Sequence record: KY499642.1
Length of the DNA stretch: 64,000 nt
Direction: 5' to 3' (one strand)
This document shows, piece by piece, positions 46,413-55,571 of the stretch. Numbering within the stretch: the stretch's first letter is position 1; every line of letters begins with the position of its first letter. Under the pieces are notes generated by a model. The model saw nothing but the letters and a program-made list of their open reading frames with translations. It was not told the DNA's origin and searched no databases. Position numbers and translations under genes: made by a program.

Positions 46413-47720
46413 ATGGATAAGAAGCAGTTATTTATCGAGGGCTGTAAACGCGACCGCTGGAAGTGGCGCAGTTGGCGTATCAGTTTATTCGCCCCGACTA
46501 ATCTACCGCCTGAGCAGGAACTAGAGACGTACGACTTGGAGTATCGCCAAGACGGTATCTACTGGTTCACTGATGACGGCGAGTGGGAGAAATTGGAAGG
46601 GTACGATCCTAACGAACCTCTTTTCAAAGCAAATGAAGCAGTAACGTTTGAAGAGTCCGCCATTCCATCTCAGAATGGTAAACTGGAAACTACCTACGGA
46701 AGAATGTTATTCAACTGGATGGTGATTCATTATGCGTTTGGCACGAAGCTTCCTTACCAACAAAAAGTTATGCCACAAGACGTGGTGGAACAGTTCGTAC
46801 ATCACGTGGTCGATGAACCTGATGAAGACAAAGCAGTTAAGACATCGATTGATGGCAGCTCGACTGCGGAGTTTTACCCGTCAGAAATAGAGCGCTTTGT
46901 AAAGGCTCTGTTTGAGCTTACAAGCCTTTGTCCTTACATCACGCCTACTGGTTCAGTTAAGACGTTAACAACGCACCCAGAGATGGTGAAGACGCGTAAC
47001 GCGCTATTAGCTAAGTACAAAGACCAACTCGATGACCCGGCTATCATTACCATGATTCAGAACGAACTGGTAGAGCTCGATAAAGAGTGGTTGAAAGGTG
47101 ATGATGCTGAAGGTTACTACATCAGTAATAAGTCCTTTACTGTTAAGCGTAAGAAGATGTTCGTTATGCACGGCATCGAAGCTGCCTTTAAAGATGAAGG
47201 TTCATTCACTCTTATTCCGACTTCGCTATCTGAAGGTTGGGATATGTCGCAACTAGTGGCTAAGTACAACGCTACTCGTGAGGGTTCGTACAACCGTGGT
47301 GCTGATACAGCATTGGGTGGTGAAAAGGTAACGTTCCTACAACGTATCTTCCAGAACATCCGTGTATTGGAAGGCGACTGTGGTACTAAGGTAACACATC
47401 CACTACATCTAACTGCCGACAACTTCAAGCCTTACCTAGGCATGAACATCATGGTTAATGGTGCTCCAGTTGAGTTGGCTTCTGAAAACATTAAGGGTTA
47501 CTTAGGTAAGACGGTTCAGCTAAGACGTCCTATTCTATGTAAAATGCCACATACTGACTTCTGTTCGGTTTGTGCCACGCGTTCACTCGCGATGAACCCG
47601 CGCGCGGTGGCTTCTGAAATCTCAGCAGTTGGTTCTACAATCATGTACGCCTTCATGGGTGCAATGCACGGTGTGGAACTAGCGGTTAGTCACTACGATT
47701 ACAAGAAACACATGTGTTAA
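46413..47720 (+). CDS. Virion RNA polymerase beta' middle subunit (phiKZ gp80-like)
   Basis: TREGSYNRG (bridge-helix region), EGDCGT, LRRPILC...FCSVC Zn site, trigger-loop MGAMH. Confidence 0.88.
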   Translation: MDKKQLFIEGCKRDRWKWRSWRISLFAPTNLPPEQELETYDLEYRQDGIYWFTDDGEWEKLEGYDPNEPLFKANEAVTFEESAIPSQNGKLETTYGRMLFNWMVIHYAFGTKLPYQQKVMPQDVVEQFVHHVVDEPDEDKAVKTSIDGSSTAEFYPSEIERFVKALFELTSLCPYITPTGSVKTLTTHPEMVKTRNALLAKYKDQLDDPAIITMIQNELVELDKEWLKGDDAEGYYISNKSFTVKRKKMFVMHGIEAAFKDEGSFTLIPTSLSEGWDMSQLVAKYNATREGSYNRGADTALGGEKVTFLQRIFQNIRVLEGDCGTKVTHPLHLTADNFKPYLGMNIMVNGAPVELASENIKGYLGKTVQLRRPILCKMPHTDFCSVCATRSLAMNPRAVASEISAVGSTIMYAFMGAMHGVELAVSHYDYKKHMC

Positions 47721-47743
47721 CAGTTAAATAAGGAATCGTATCA

Positions 47744-48379
47744 ATGAGCGATAACAAAGAACAAGTTCAAGAGCAAGAAACTCAAACTCAAACAACTGAG
47801 CAAGAGCAAACTACTCAAGAGCAGCCAAAGCAGTCTCGTCAAGAGCGTCGTCAAGACCGTAAGCAACAGCAACAGAACCAACGCGGTACTGAGTCTGAAA
47901 ACCAAGCACCTGCTGGTCTATTCGCTAAGTCTTCTAAAGAAGACGGTACGGTGAAAGAAGACCCTAAAGCGGTTGAGATCATCAAAGCACAAATCGACGA
48001 GTATGTTGAACAGTGCGGTAAAGGTTCTGGCGAAACTAAAGAAGCGCAAATGGCTACTCGCGGTCTGCATAAAGCAATCCGTAACCTAACCAAGCTTCGC
48101 GGTCAGTCTCTGAAGCAAGCGTTCTCTCATCTGTACAAAGCGATCAAAGCTGATGAAACTGGTGCATTCAAAGTACCGTTCCCATTCCGTTGGGGTCACG
48201 ATATCTCTGGCGAGCAAGAGCGTACTGCTTATACCTCGTTCATGAACTTGGTTCTGCAATACGCTAAGTTGCAAAACCCATCGTACATCCATGAGAAAGT
48301 GGACGTACAACGTAGCCTAGCATTCATTAAAGATGCTGGTGCTCGTGCAGACATGCTTAAACAGTTTGCAAGCAAATAA
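47744..48379 (+). CDS. Hypothetical protein with Q/E/T-rich disordered N-terminus
   Basis: TAAGGA RBS, high-expression codon bias. Confidence 0.75.
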   Translation: MSDNKEQVQEQETQTQTTEQEQTTQEQPKQSRQERRQDRKQQQQNQRGTESENQAPAGLFAKSSKEDGTVKEDPKAVEIIKAQIDEYVEQCGKGSGETKEAQMATRGLHKAIRNLTKLRGQSLKQAFSHLYKAIKADETGAFKVPFPFRWGHDISGEQERTAYTSFMNLVLQYAKLQNPSYIHEKVDVQRSLAFIKDAGARADMLKQFASK

Positions 48380-48390
48380 GCAAATAGACT

Positions 48391-48419
48391 AGGAGTAGTA
48401 GGCATTGCCTACTACTCCT
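48391..48419. terminator. 13-bp hairpin between convergent genes
   Basis: AGGAGTAGTAGGC-ATT-GCCTACTACTCCT. Confidence 0.75.
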
Positions 48420-48428
48420 GCTTATGTC

Positions 48429-49112
48429 TTACGAATACTCAACGATAGTCGACAACGACTGGTCATTGAACTTACCACGTACGTCGTAGTCCGAACTGTA
48501 CAGTGAATCAATCAGTGCACGTTCAGTGACTTCTTGTGTATCTGCTGCAATCAATTCTTCATACTCAAACGGAATGTAGTCAACGACTGAATCCAGTGTT
48601 GCTTGGTCTACTTCCATTTCTAACTTAGCCCATGGGTGGATAGGTGTACCGCCTTCAGTTAAGTTACGACCATCAATGTACAAGTCCAGTTCCCACATTA
48701 ATGGTGTACCGTCTTTACGAGGAATGGTGTTGCCATCAGACTTAAGTACTGGAATGTACAGACGTGTACGTACGACCGTTGATTTAGCACTTGCTAGCAA
48801 CATGTTGTAGTTCATCTGGTCTAACTCAATGTTAGACTCCAACTTAGCCTTAGCTTCATTACCGCGCTGTTTAGAGGTCAGTTCAAACTTACTGCCCTCC
48901 GGTGCATGGTAGTGACGAATGCGTCCAGCAATACCTAAGCTCTCATTGTAAGAAAGCTTAGACTCTGAGAACACTTTCTTTTTCGCATTACCATACTTCT
49001 CGGTAAGTGCGTTTAGTTGTTCCTGAGTGAGATGGATGAAGTAACTGTACTCCACCTCCAACTCAGTTTCAGCTTTATGCTCTTCAAGAGCAGCGAATAA
49101 ATGTGATGCCAT
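48429..49112 (-). CDS. CYTH / triphosphate tunnel metalloenzyme-like protein
   Basis: ELEVEY, GRIRH, ELTSK, LESNIEL, RTRLY, WELDLY and KLEMEV follow the CYTH motif order. The ExExK lysine is not conserved. Confidence 0.7.
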   Translation of the reverse strand: MASHLFAALEEHKAETELEVEYSYFIHLTQEQLNALTEKYGNAKKKVFSESKLSYNESLGIAGRIRHYHAPEGSKFELTSKQRGNEAKAKLESNIELDQMNYNMLLASAKSTVVRTRLYIPVLKSDGNTIPRKDGTPLMWELDLYIDGRNLTEGGTPIHPWAKLEMEVDQATLDSVVDYIPFEYEELIAADTQEVTERALIDSLYSSDYDVRGKFNDQSLSTIVEYS

Positions 49113-50872
49113 TAGATTAGCCCTTCTCTAATATCTGATTCAAATGCGTCTAACACAGTATGGATGTATGGCATATTGAGAAGTTCATTACAAATCTCAA
49201 TTGCGTTAGTCTGACCACCAGTTAGATTAATGCCAGAACGTCGACGTGCCATTTCAGATACACCCTCAATACCTTTCAGTTCAACAAACGTTGTCTCTTT
49301 AGAGATGTTCAACGTAAGCTCTGCCGTAGGATAAGCCTGAGTAATGTCATCATCCGCAGTTTGTACACGGAACATGGTCTTAAGCTTAGGGATTTCCTTA
49401 ACGCACTGAAGACCGTTATCTTCAACCATGTGTGCAGGTAGAGTTACAATCCAACCTGTCATGTTGATTACATCATCGTCCAAATCAGACGTAATGTCAG
49501 CACCCACACAACCTGCAATAAGTTTGCGGTCTAGGTAGAAGTAATGCAAGTTATCCACCAAGCGTTTAGGTAACGATGGGAAGATGTGATACTCACTGAT
49601 ACCTGCAAGTGCTGGAATGGTCATACCAAGGTCGTTGGTCTTTTCATCTAGGAGTTCGACTGACACACAGTCGAATAAGTTGTATATGCAGTATTCGGCA
49701 GGCCAATCGCGTTGCATCTCAATGTGCCATTTGATGTCACCTTCAGGAGCCTTGACTTGGTCGAACTTCAACTTACCAATACCCAAGTGACGGTTAAGTA
49801 CACCGTCAAGCTTGTAATCAGGTTCGTTACCGTTAGCTACACGAATCTTCTTAAACGCACACATTGCATCTATAACGTAGAAGCCTGCTAAGCAGTATAA
49901 TACGTGCCATAAGTCAGCAGGGTGCTGTGCAATGGTCTTAGAGTTCGTTTCGCGCTGTGCTTTGGCTTGCTTGTACCAAACTTTACGGTATTTATCCGGA
50001 ACCTTAGGGTCAACCCAAACGTCTTCATGAGGGATGTTGTATTTCTCACAACAGGCCATGATTTTTGGCAAATCGTAGTTCATGTTCCAAATCGCCACGA
50101 AGTCTGGCATCCATTCATGAACCTCGCGCATGACGTCACGGATAACCTCTGCCATGTTACCGTTAGTAATAACCTTAAAGTCACCTCCGCGCTCAGCAAC
50201 CAAGTTGTGTTCAACGTGAATGGTCTTCTTAGTCTCCTTACACTTTTCTTTTAGTGTAATGCTACTAAGGTATTCAGCATACTTACTGTGTAGAGTGTTC
50301 TCTACCTCAGGGATACGCTTAGCCCACCAATCTGCAATACCGATGATCTTCTTCTCACCCATCGTAACAGAAATCATGATAGGTTCATCAGTACCAAACA
50401 CAACGTCTGCCTCGATATCGAGAACCGCTACCTTGTTACGTGTAATCAAGTCTGGGTTCTTACGACGGTAGGCTGCTTTAAGCATTGTCGGTGCAGTCAG
50501 GTCAGCAAAATAAATGTACGGGTCGCGACATACTTCGCGAAGCTGGAGTTTAGGGTTAGGTACAGAACGACCAAGCGCTTTCTGTAGCGTCTCAGACATA
50601 CGTGACTGTGTTGTATCCCAACGGTCTAGTTTGTCTAGCTCTTCGTATTCTTTTTTGTCTTGGTGGTTACGGTAAGGCTTCTTAGTGGTGTAGACAGGAC
50701 GCTTAAAATTCTCCCTAAGGACGATCCTTGGGATTTGTCTGTTATCCTTTGTATGGACAACTTCTTTAATGAGCAGCATGTCGTCTTTAGAGCCATCTCT
50801 GGCCTCTTGATAAGCGACATACTTACATTCGATGCCCTTTATCATTTCCTTAGGGATTTGTACATTCGACAT
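49112..50872 (-). CDS. Family-B DNA polymerase, 3'-5' exonuclease plus motif A half (phiKZ gp82-like)
   Basis: Exo I VLDIEAD, Exo II WNMNYDL, Exo III YNLFDC, motif A DDDITQAYP at the C-terminus. Confidence 0.85.
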   Translation of the reverse strand: MSNVQIPKEMIKGIECKYVAYQEARDGSKDDMLLIKEVVHTKDNRQIPRIVLRENFKRPVYTTKKPYRNHQDKKEYEELDKLDRWDTTQSRMSETLQKALGRSVPNPKLQLREVCRDPYIYFADLTAPTMLKAAYRRKNPDLITRNKVAVLDIEADVVFGTDEPIMISVTMGEKKIIGIADWWAKRIPEVENTLHSKYAEYLSSITLKEKCKETKKTIHVEHNLVAERGGDFKVITNGNMAEVIRDVMREVHEWMPDFVAIWNMNYDLPKIMACCEKYNIPHEDVWVDPKVPDKYRKVWYKQAKAQRETNSKTIAQHPADLWHVLYCLAGFYVIDAMCAFKKIRVANGNEPDYKLDGVLNRHLGIGKLKFDQVKAPEGDIKWHIEMQRDWPAEYCIYNLFDCVSVELLDEKTNDLGMTIPALAGISEYHIFPSLPKRLVDNLHYFYLDRKLIAGCVGADITSDLDDDVINMTGWIVTLPAHMVEDNGLQCVKEIPKLKTMFRVQTADDDITQAYPTAELTLNISKETTFVELKGIEGVSEMARRRSGINLTGGQTNAIEICNELLNMPYIHTVLDAFESDIREGLI

Positions 50873-50939
50873 GTGAGGAACCTTTTAATCAAGTTGTTTT
50901 AAATCTTATCAAAGTATCATAACTACTGTGGAAAAATAA

Positions 50940-52208
50940 ATGATGAGTATCGACACTACAGGGATAGCCCTAGAAGCGCACCTCAATCATGAACCAACAG
51001 TAATTGCCAATGCATTGCGCGCTGCCCGTGCGGTAGAGCGCGTCGGCTTTTGTCTAGAGCATTACCACGCTCTTGAACAATTACAGCCGGGGATTTTTAA
51101 AGACATCAATCCTAAAATGTTAACTCAGCAGCCATCCGCTGTGAAACGCTCAGTTGCTGTAGAAGCAATCAGCGGTTCAGACATGGTTAAAGCACTGGGT
51201 GTTGGCATCGCGGCAGGTTCAGCGGTTGCGCTATTTTTCAAACTGATTGAATGGATAGCAGACAAACTAAGCGGTGGTAAAGGTGGTGGTATCCCAACGC
51301 CCGAACAAATCGACCGTGAGAACAAAGCAGCATTCCAGAAGATCGCAGAAACCGACCGTAAGAACCGTGAAGCATTTAAAGCGGTATTCAACGACTTAGA
51401 CAGTACTCTGGACAAGCTAGCGAAAAAGCAGAAGAACACGGGTAAACTCATAGACGAGTTAGAGAAGAACATCCGTGCGGCTTCTTCACCTATTGAACTG
51501 ATGTGTGTGGAAGCAGTAATGAAGGCGTGTCCTGATGAAATGATGTATCAGGCGAAGGCGGTAGGCGCGATGCGTCTATATAAAGGTGACGATATTCTAA
51601 GATACAACCTGTGTCTTAAGAATGGTGTCCGTGGTATCCTTGCGGTATTCGAAGAGCCTGCACTTAAGAATGTAGACTTTAGTAAACTACAACGTGTTGC
51701 GAAAGATTTAGCAGATGCATTACAAACTGCCGATAATTTCATCAGTCGTCAGACTGATGGTAGTTTAGATATGCTCGTTAAACAAGCTAAGAAGGTTTCG
51801 GAAGAGTTCGAAAAGATGGACATCCCGCAATCGGCTAAGGCTGAAATCAATACCCGTGCTACTAAAGTGTACAGCTTCCATACGCGTGCAGCTGACTTCG
51901 CTAAAGAGCATGAGAGTCCTGAAAAGGGTAATCTCGATAAGCTTGACCTATCATCTCCACGTTACACAAGCATCATCAAAGACTCCTACGTTTGTCAGAA
52001 CATCGTGAAAGATGCGGCTGATAAAGTTAAAGGTAAGTCAGATGCCAAGATTGATAGCAAAGAGCACGCTGCCAAGTTCAAGAGTGCAATCGGTGATCTC
52101 CAACGTGTGATTACTGGACTGCTGTACTTCACCAATTTGTCTGATAAGATGAATAAGGCATTCACTCTGGCGCTTGAGCGTTACATGAAAGCCGAGATAA
52201 CTATTTAG
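50940..52208 (+). CDS. Virion head protein, protease-processed paralogue family
   Basis: IALE|A and VAVE|A sites followed by a hydrophobic helix. N-terminal domain paralogous to 53931..55523. Confidence 0.7.
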   Translation: MMSIDTTGIALEAHLNHEPTVIANALRAARAVERVGFCLEHYHALEQLQPGIFKDINPKMLTQQPSAVKRSVAVEAISGSDMVKALGVGIAAGSAVALFFKLIEWIADKLSGGKGGGIPTPEQIDRENKAAFQKIAETDRKNREAFKAVFNDLDSTLDKLAKKQKNTGKLIDELEKNIRAASSPIELMCVEAVMKACPDEMMYQAKAVGAMRLYKGDDILRYNLCLKNGVRGILAVFEEPALKNVDFSKLQRVAKDLADALQTADNFISRQTDGSLDMLVKQAKKVSEEFEKMDIPQSAKAEINTRATKVYSFHTRAADFAKEHESPEKGNLDKLDLSSPRYTSIIKDSYVCQNIVKDAADKVKGKSDAKIDSKEHAAKFKSAIGDLQRVITGLLYFTNLSDKMNKAFTLALERYMKAEITI

Positions 52209-52220
52209 GAGTAAATAACA

Positions 52221-53498
52221 ATGACTAAACCATGGCTAAAAGGCGTTGCTGCCGAAGCCATCGACCACCAAGGTAAGTCGAAACTGTTTGATGTCATTGC
52301 CGGAGCAATTGAAGAATTGCGCGCGGGCGGTGATTACAGTGATGAGGCTGTTGCTAAACTTGGGCTGGCGGCTCGCATCGAAGACCTGTCTGGTATTGCA
52401 ACTAAGTTCCACATTGTACGTGCTCCGTTTCATAACGCAGCCGTGCAACCACCACAGTTGGATAAGAACCATCCGATGATTGCGAATATCCTTCGCATGA
52501 TGGCATCCAACGAAGACTTGGAAACCGTGAAGAAGTTCTCTGGTAACAAGTTGATTGGTACTGTGGATAAATCCGATGGTCGTGTCTACGGCGGTTTCAG
52601 TAAGCTGGTTTGTCCGGTTTACATCACAACGGCGCTGTTGGAAGACAAGACGTTTTCTAACCGTGAGATTTCAGCAATCATCTTACACGAACTGGGTCAT
52701 GTCTTTGCATACTTCGAACGTCTGATTGATCTGGTTACAATGAACTACGCGATCTACACAGCGGCAGAACGCATGCTTAAGTTAGAGTCAGTAGTCGACC
52801 GCGTTGAAGTCTTGTCCGAATTCGATAAGTACACTGGTGTTAAGATTCCTGAAAAGGAAACCGTTGCCAAGTCTAACGAGAAAGGCACTGTTTATACACA
52901 CCTAGCATGTGAGTCAATCAAACAGCGTCGCAACGTTGAGGGTGAAGAAGTTTACTCTTACCGTGGTTTCGAGTTCAGTGCTGACCAATACGCAACGCGC
53001 CACGGCGCTGGTGCGGAACTGGTAACTGCGCTAGACAAGATTGAACGTAAGGTATGGCTAAACCCATCTTACATCTCATGGCCTATGCACATCATGGTTG
53101 AGCTTATCAAAGTCACTGTGTATGTCATCGGTAGTGTTCTAGCAGCACAGTCTAACCCATTCACTCTGTTCGGTACACTAGGTCTATTGATTGCAGCACG
53201 TCCTATGAACAAGCTGTACGATGATCCGGCAGAACGCTTTAAGCGTATCGAAGGTGAGATGGTCGCCGAGCTTAAGAACCGTCAATTGACAGAAGACCGA
53301 CGTCAACAAGTCCTAACTGACTTAGACATCGTTCGTGAAGTCTCTAAACAAGTCTCGACCAAGCGCAGCTTCTGGGAAGCAACTTGGGCATACGTAATTC
53401 CATCAGGCAACGCGTCACGTAAACGCATGGAGTTCCAGCAACAGCTAGAACGCATGACAAACAATGATTTGTACGTGGCAAGTGCGCTATTCGCATAA
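52221..53498 (+). CDS. Virion head protein with zinc-metalloprotease motif (phiKZ gp84-like)
   Basis: ILHELGH (HExxH), downstream EFSAD third-ligand motif, hydrophobic hairpin, VAAE|A site. Confidence 0.72.
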   Translation: MTKPWLKGVAAEAIDHQGKSKLFDVIAGAIEELRAGGDYSDEAVAKLGLAARIEDLSGIATKFHIVRAPFHNAAVQPPQLDKNHPMIANILRMMASNEDLETVKKFSGNKLIGTVDKSDGRVYGGFSKLVCPVYITTALLEDKTFSNREISAIILHELGHVFAYFERLIDLVTMNYAIYTAAERMLKLESVVDRVEVLSEFDKYTGVKIPEKETVAKSNEKGTVYTHLACESIKQRRNVEGEEVYSYRGFEFSADQYATRHGAGAELVTALDKIERKVWLNPSYISWPMHIMVELIKVTVYVIGSVLAAQSNPFTLFGTLGLLIAARPMNKLYDDPAERFKRIEGEMVAELKNRQLTEDRRQQVLTDLDIVREVSKQVSTKRSFWEATWAYVIPSGNASRKRMEFQQQLERMTNNDLYVASALFA

Positions 53499-53511
53499 GG
53501 GAAAGATTACA

Positions 53512-53931
53512 ATGTTTGAAGTAATCCACAACTATCGTAAAAACTGTCTACTACAAGGACCTCAGCGCATCAAGTTGCTGCAAAAGGTTGTTGCAGCTGC
53601 TGCTGCATACAGCTCACCTTGTCCAGTAGGCTCAATGTCTGACGTTAACGGTTTCTACATGGAACTGTGTCGTCACAATGCAATCCGTATCGTATCTGCT
53701 GTTAACGAACACATCCTAGTTAACACTGACGAAGTGATGGCTGATGTAGAACTGTTATGGAAAGGTCGCTTTGAGTTGATTAACTCACCACAAGGCTGTA
53801 CTGCATTCACTAAGTTCCACGAAAGCATGTCAACGTACGGTGAAGAAGTTGCTTCACACTACGAATACTGGGTAGAGCACTTCCTAGCATCATCTAAGTC
53901 TTACTTGATCCGTGTGAACGGAGGTGAGTAA
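53512..53931 (+). CDS. Small conserved virion-cluster protein
   Basis: ATG 53512 with AAGGG RBS (the track's 53464 start overlaps the upstream gene). Confidence 0.65.
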   Translation: MFEVIHNYRKNCLLQGPQRIKLLQKVVAAAAAYSSPCPVGSMSDVNGFYMELCRHNAIRIVSAVNEHILVNTDEVMADVELLWKGRFELINSPQGCTAFTKFHESMSTYGEEVASHYEYWVEHFLASSKSYLIRVNGGE

Positions 53932-55523
53932 TGGAGATTGTTGGACTGGAATCTTTGGATGAAGAAACAGTTGCAATCTATCAAAAGTCTGAACTGATTG
54001 GCGAGTTAGAGTCTATTCGAACTCGCGTTGCAACTGAAGGCATGACCCGTGACGATGCTGTTCTACTAGAACGTATCGCACCGGGTATCTTCGATGGTAT
54101 GAATGTGAATAAGTTCACAGTCCGTCCATCAGTAACAGGTCAAACAGTAGCAGTAGAAGCCATTGACTGGAAACGTGGTGCGTTAGTGGTTGGTGCAGCA
54201 ATGGCAATCATTGCTGTCATCAGCAAAATCATCAGCTGGTTGAGCGACAGCTTAACCACAACAGGTGGTGGTTCGGGCGGCATTAAAGATATCGATGAGA
54301 CTAACTCAAAGATTGAAAAGCGCTGTCAAGATAACGTGGAAACGGAAGTTATCACGGAAGAGAACCTACAAAAGGTTGGTAAAGAAGTTGTTCGCAAGAT
54401 TGGTAAGTTGAGTAATGTCAATATGCATTATGTCAACGAGCTGGTTGAGAAAGTGGACAAAGGCGACGTCGTTAACAGTAACGGCAAACCAATCGCTCCT
54501 AACGATGTCAGCAACGCGGTTAACAAATACGTTGATGCAGTTAAGCGCACTCGTGCAACTGACCGCGATACGCAGCTACATGCGCTTCTAGGCTACATGC
54601 TGTTAAGTAAGCAAGGCGGCATTCCAATGACGTTATTGATGCTTGACTGGAAAGGTGGTGTTAAAGGCAGTAAACTTGACCAAACGCACATCATGGCACT
54701 AGAGCACACGATCGAACTTACTAACGAAGTCCTAGACGAAGTTGGCAAGTTGGCGTCGGCTATTGAATCAACCGATTACAAGTCACTTGTTATGCTTGAA
54801 GATGATAAGCATGTTGACGGCTCCACTGGTGGCGGTAGTAAGATTTACGGTTTGATGTCTAAGTCGAACGATGTACTGAAGCGTGTACGTAATACGCTAG
54901 AGACTAACAACAGTCTCCGTAACACGTACAGTCCTAACATGGCTACTGAACTAAACGGTAACCGTCCGGACACTGCCACTATGGGTCGTATTCTTCCTGA
55001 GTTCAATACTGACGTTAAGAAAGTAATCTCAGAAATGAAAGACCTTGCAAACACCTACATCACATTCTGGGATATGTCTGATTACCAGAACTATGTGAAT
55101 AAGGTAGATGCGGCTAAGTACACTGACTTGATTATTGCACTAGCTGACCCTAAAGGTCGTGAAGAACTGGCTAAGTTGTACCGTATGGTTTTCGACACAA
55201 GCTCTAACTCTTCTAAACCTAAGTCGGAAGGTTCGCTGAAAGTTTCTGCGGATAAACTTAAGACTGCTTCAACCGCAGTGAATAAGATCCACAAGAAAGC
55301 AACCAAGTTGGATAGCGCATGGATTGGTCTACCGTTTGCAGTAGCAGCTAACGGTGGGTTCAAACCGGACAACACAATCTCGTATACACCAATGACACAA
55401 TTGAAAGTGTTAGTGGATACTGCGAGTGCGTTAAGTCGTCGTGCTACTGAACTGGCGTCAGTGATCAACCTAGGTCTTCGCGATGCAGACCGTGCTATCA
55501 ACATGACCGCAAAAATGAAATAA
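53931..55523 (+). CDS. Virion head protein, protease-processed paralogue family
   Basis: VGLE|S and VAVE|A sites, then GALVVGAAMAIIAVISKIISWL hydrophobic helix. Confidence 0.7.
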   Translation: MEIVGLESLDEETVAIYQKSELIGELESIRTRVATEGMTRDDAVLLERIAPGIFDGMNVNKFTVRPSVTGQTVAVEAIDWKRGALVVGAAMAIIAVISKIISWLSDSLTTTGGGSGGIKDIDETNSKIEKRCQDNVETEVITEENLQKVGKEVVRKIGKLSNVNMHYVNELVEKVDKGDVVNSNGKPIAPNDVSNAVNKYVDAVKRTRATDRDTQLHALLGYMLLSKQGGIPMTLLMLDWKGGVKGSKLDQTHIMALEHTIELTNEVLDEVGKLASAIESTDYKSLVMLEDDKHVDGSTGGGSKIYGLMSKSNDVLKRVRNTLETNNSLRNTYSPNMATELNGNRPDTATMGRILPEFNTDVKKVISEMKDLANTYITFWDMSDYQNYVNKVDAAKYTDLIIALADPKGREELAKLYRMVFDTSSNSSKPKSEGSLKVSADKLKTASTAVNKIHKKATKLDSAWIGLPFAVAANGGFKPDNTISYTPMTQLKVLVDTASALSRRATELASVINLGLRDADRAINMTAKMK

Positions 55524-55527
55524 GAAT

Positions 55528-55571
55528 AGGCAGAGTAGGGCAATGCCCTACTCGCCTCTCTTTTATTTTTT
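55528..55571. terminator. Bidirectional terminator
   Basis: GAGTAGGGC-AAT-GCCCTACTC extended by AGGC/GCCT, with a T-tract. Confidence 0.8.
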
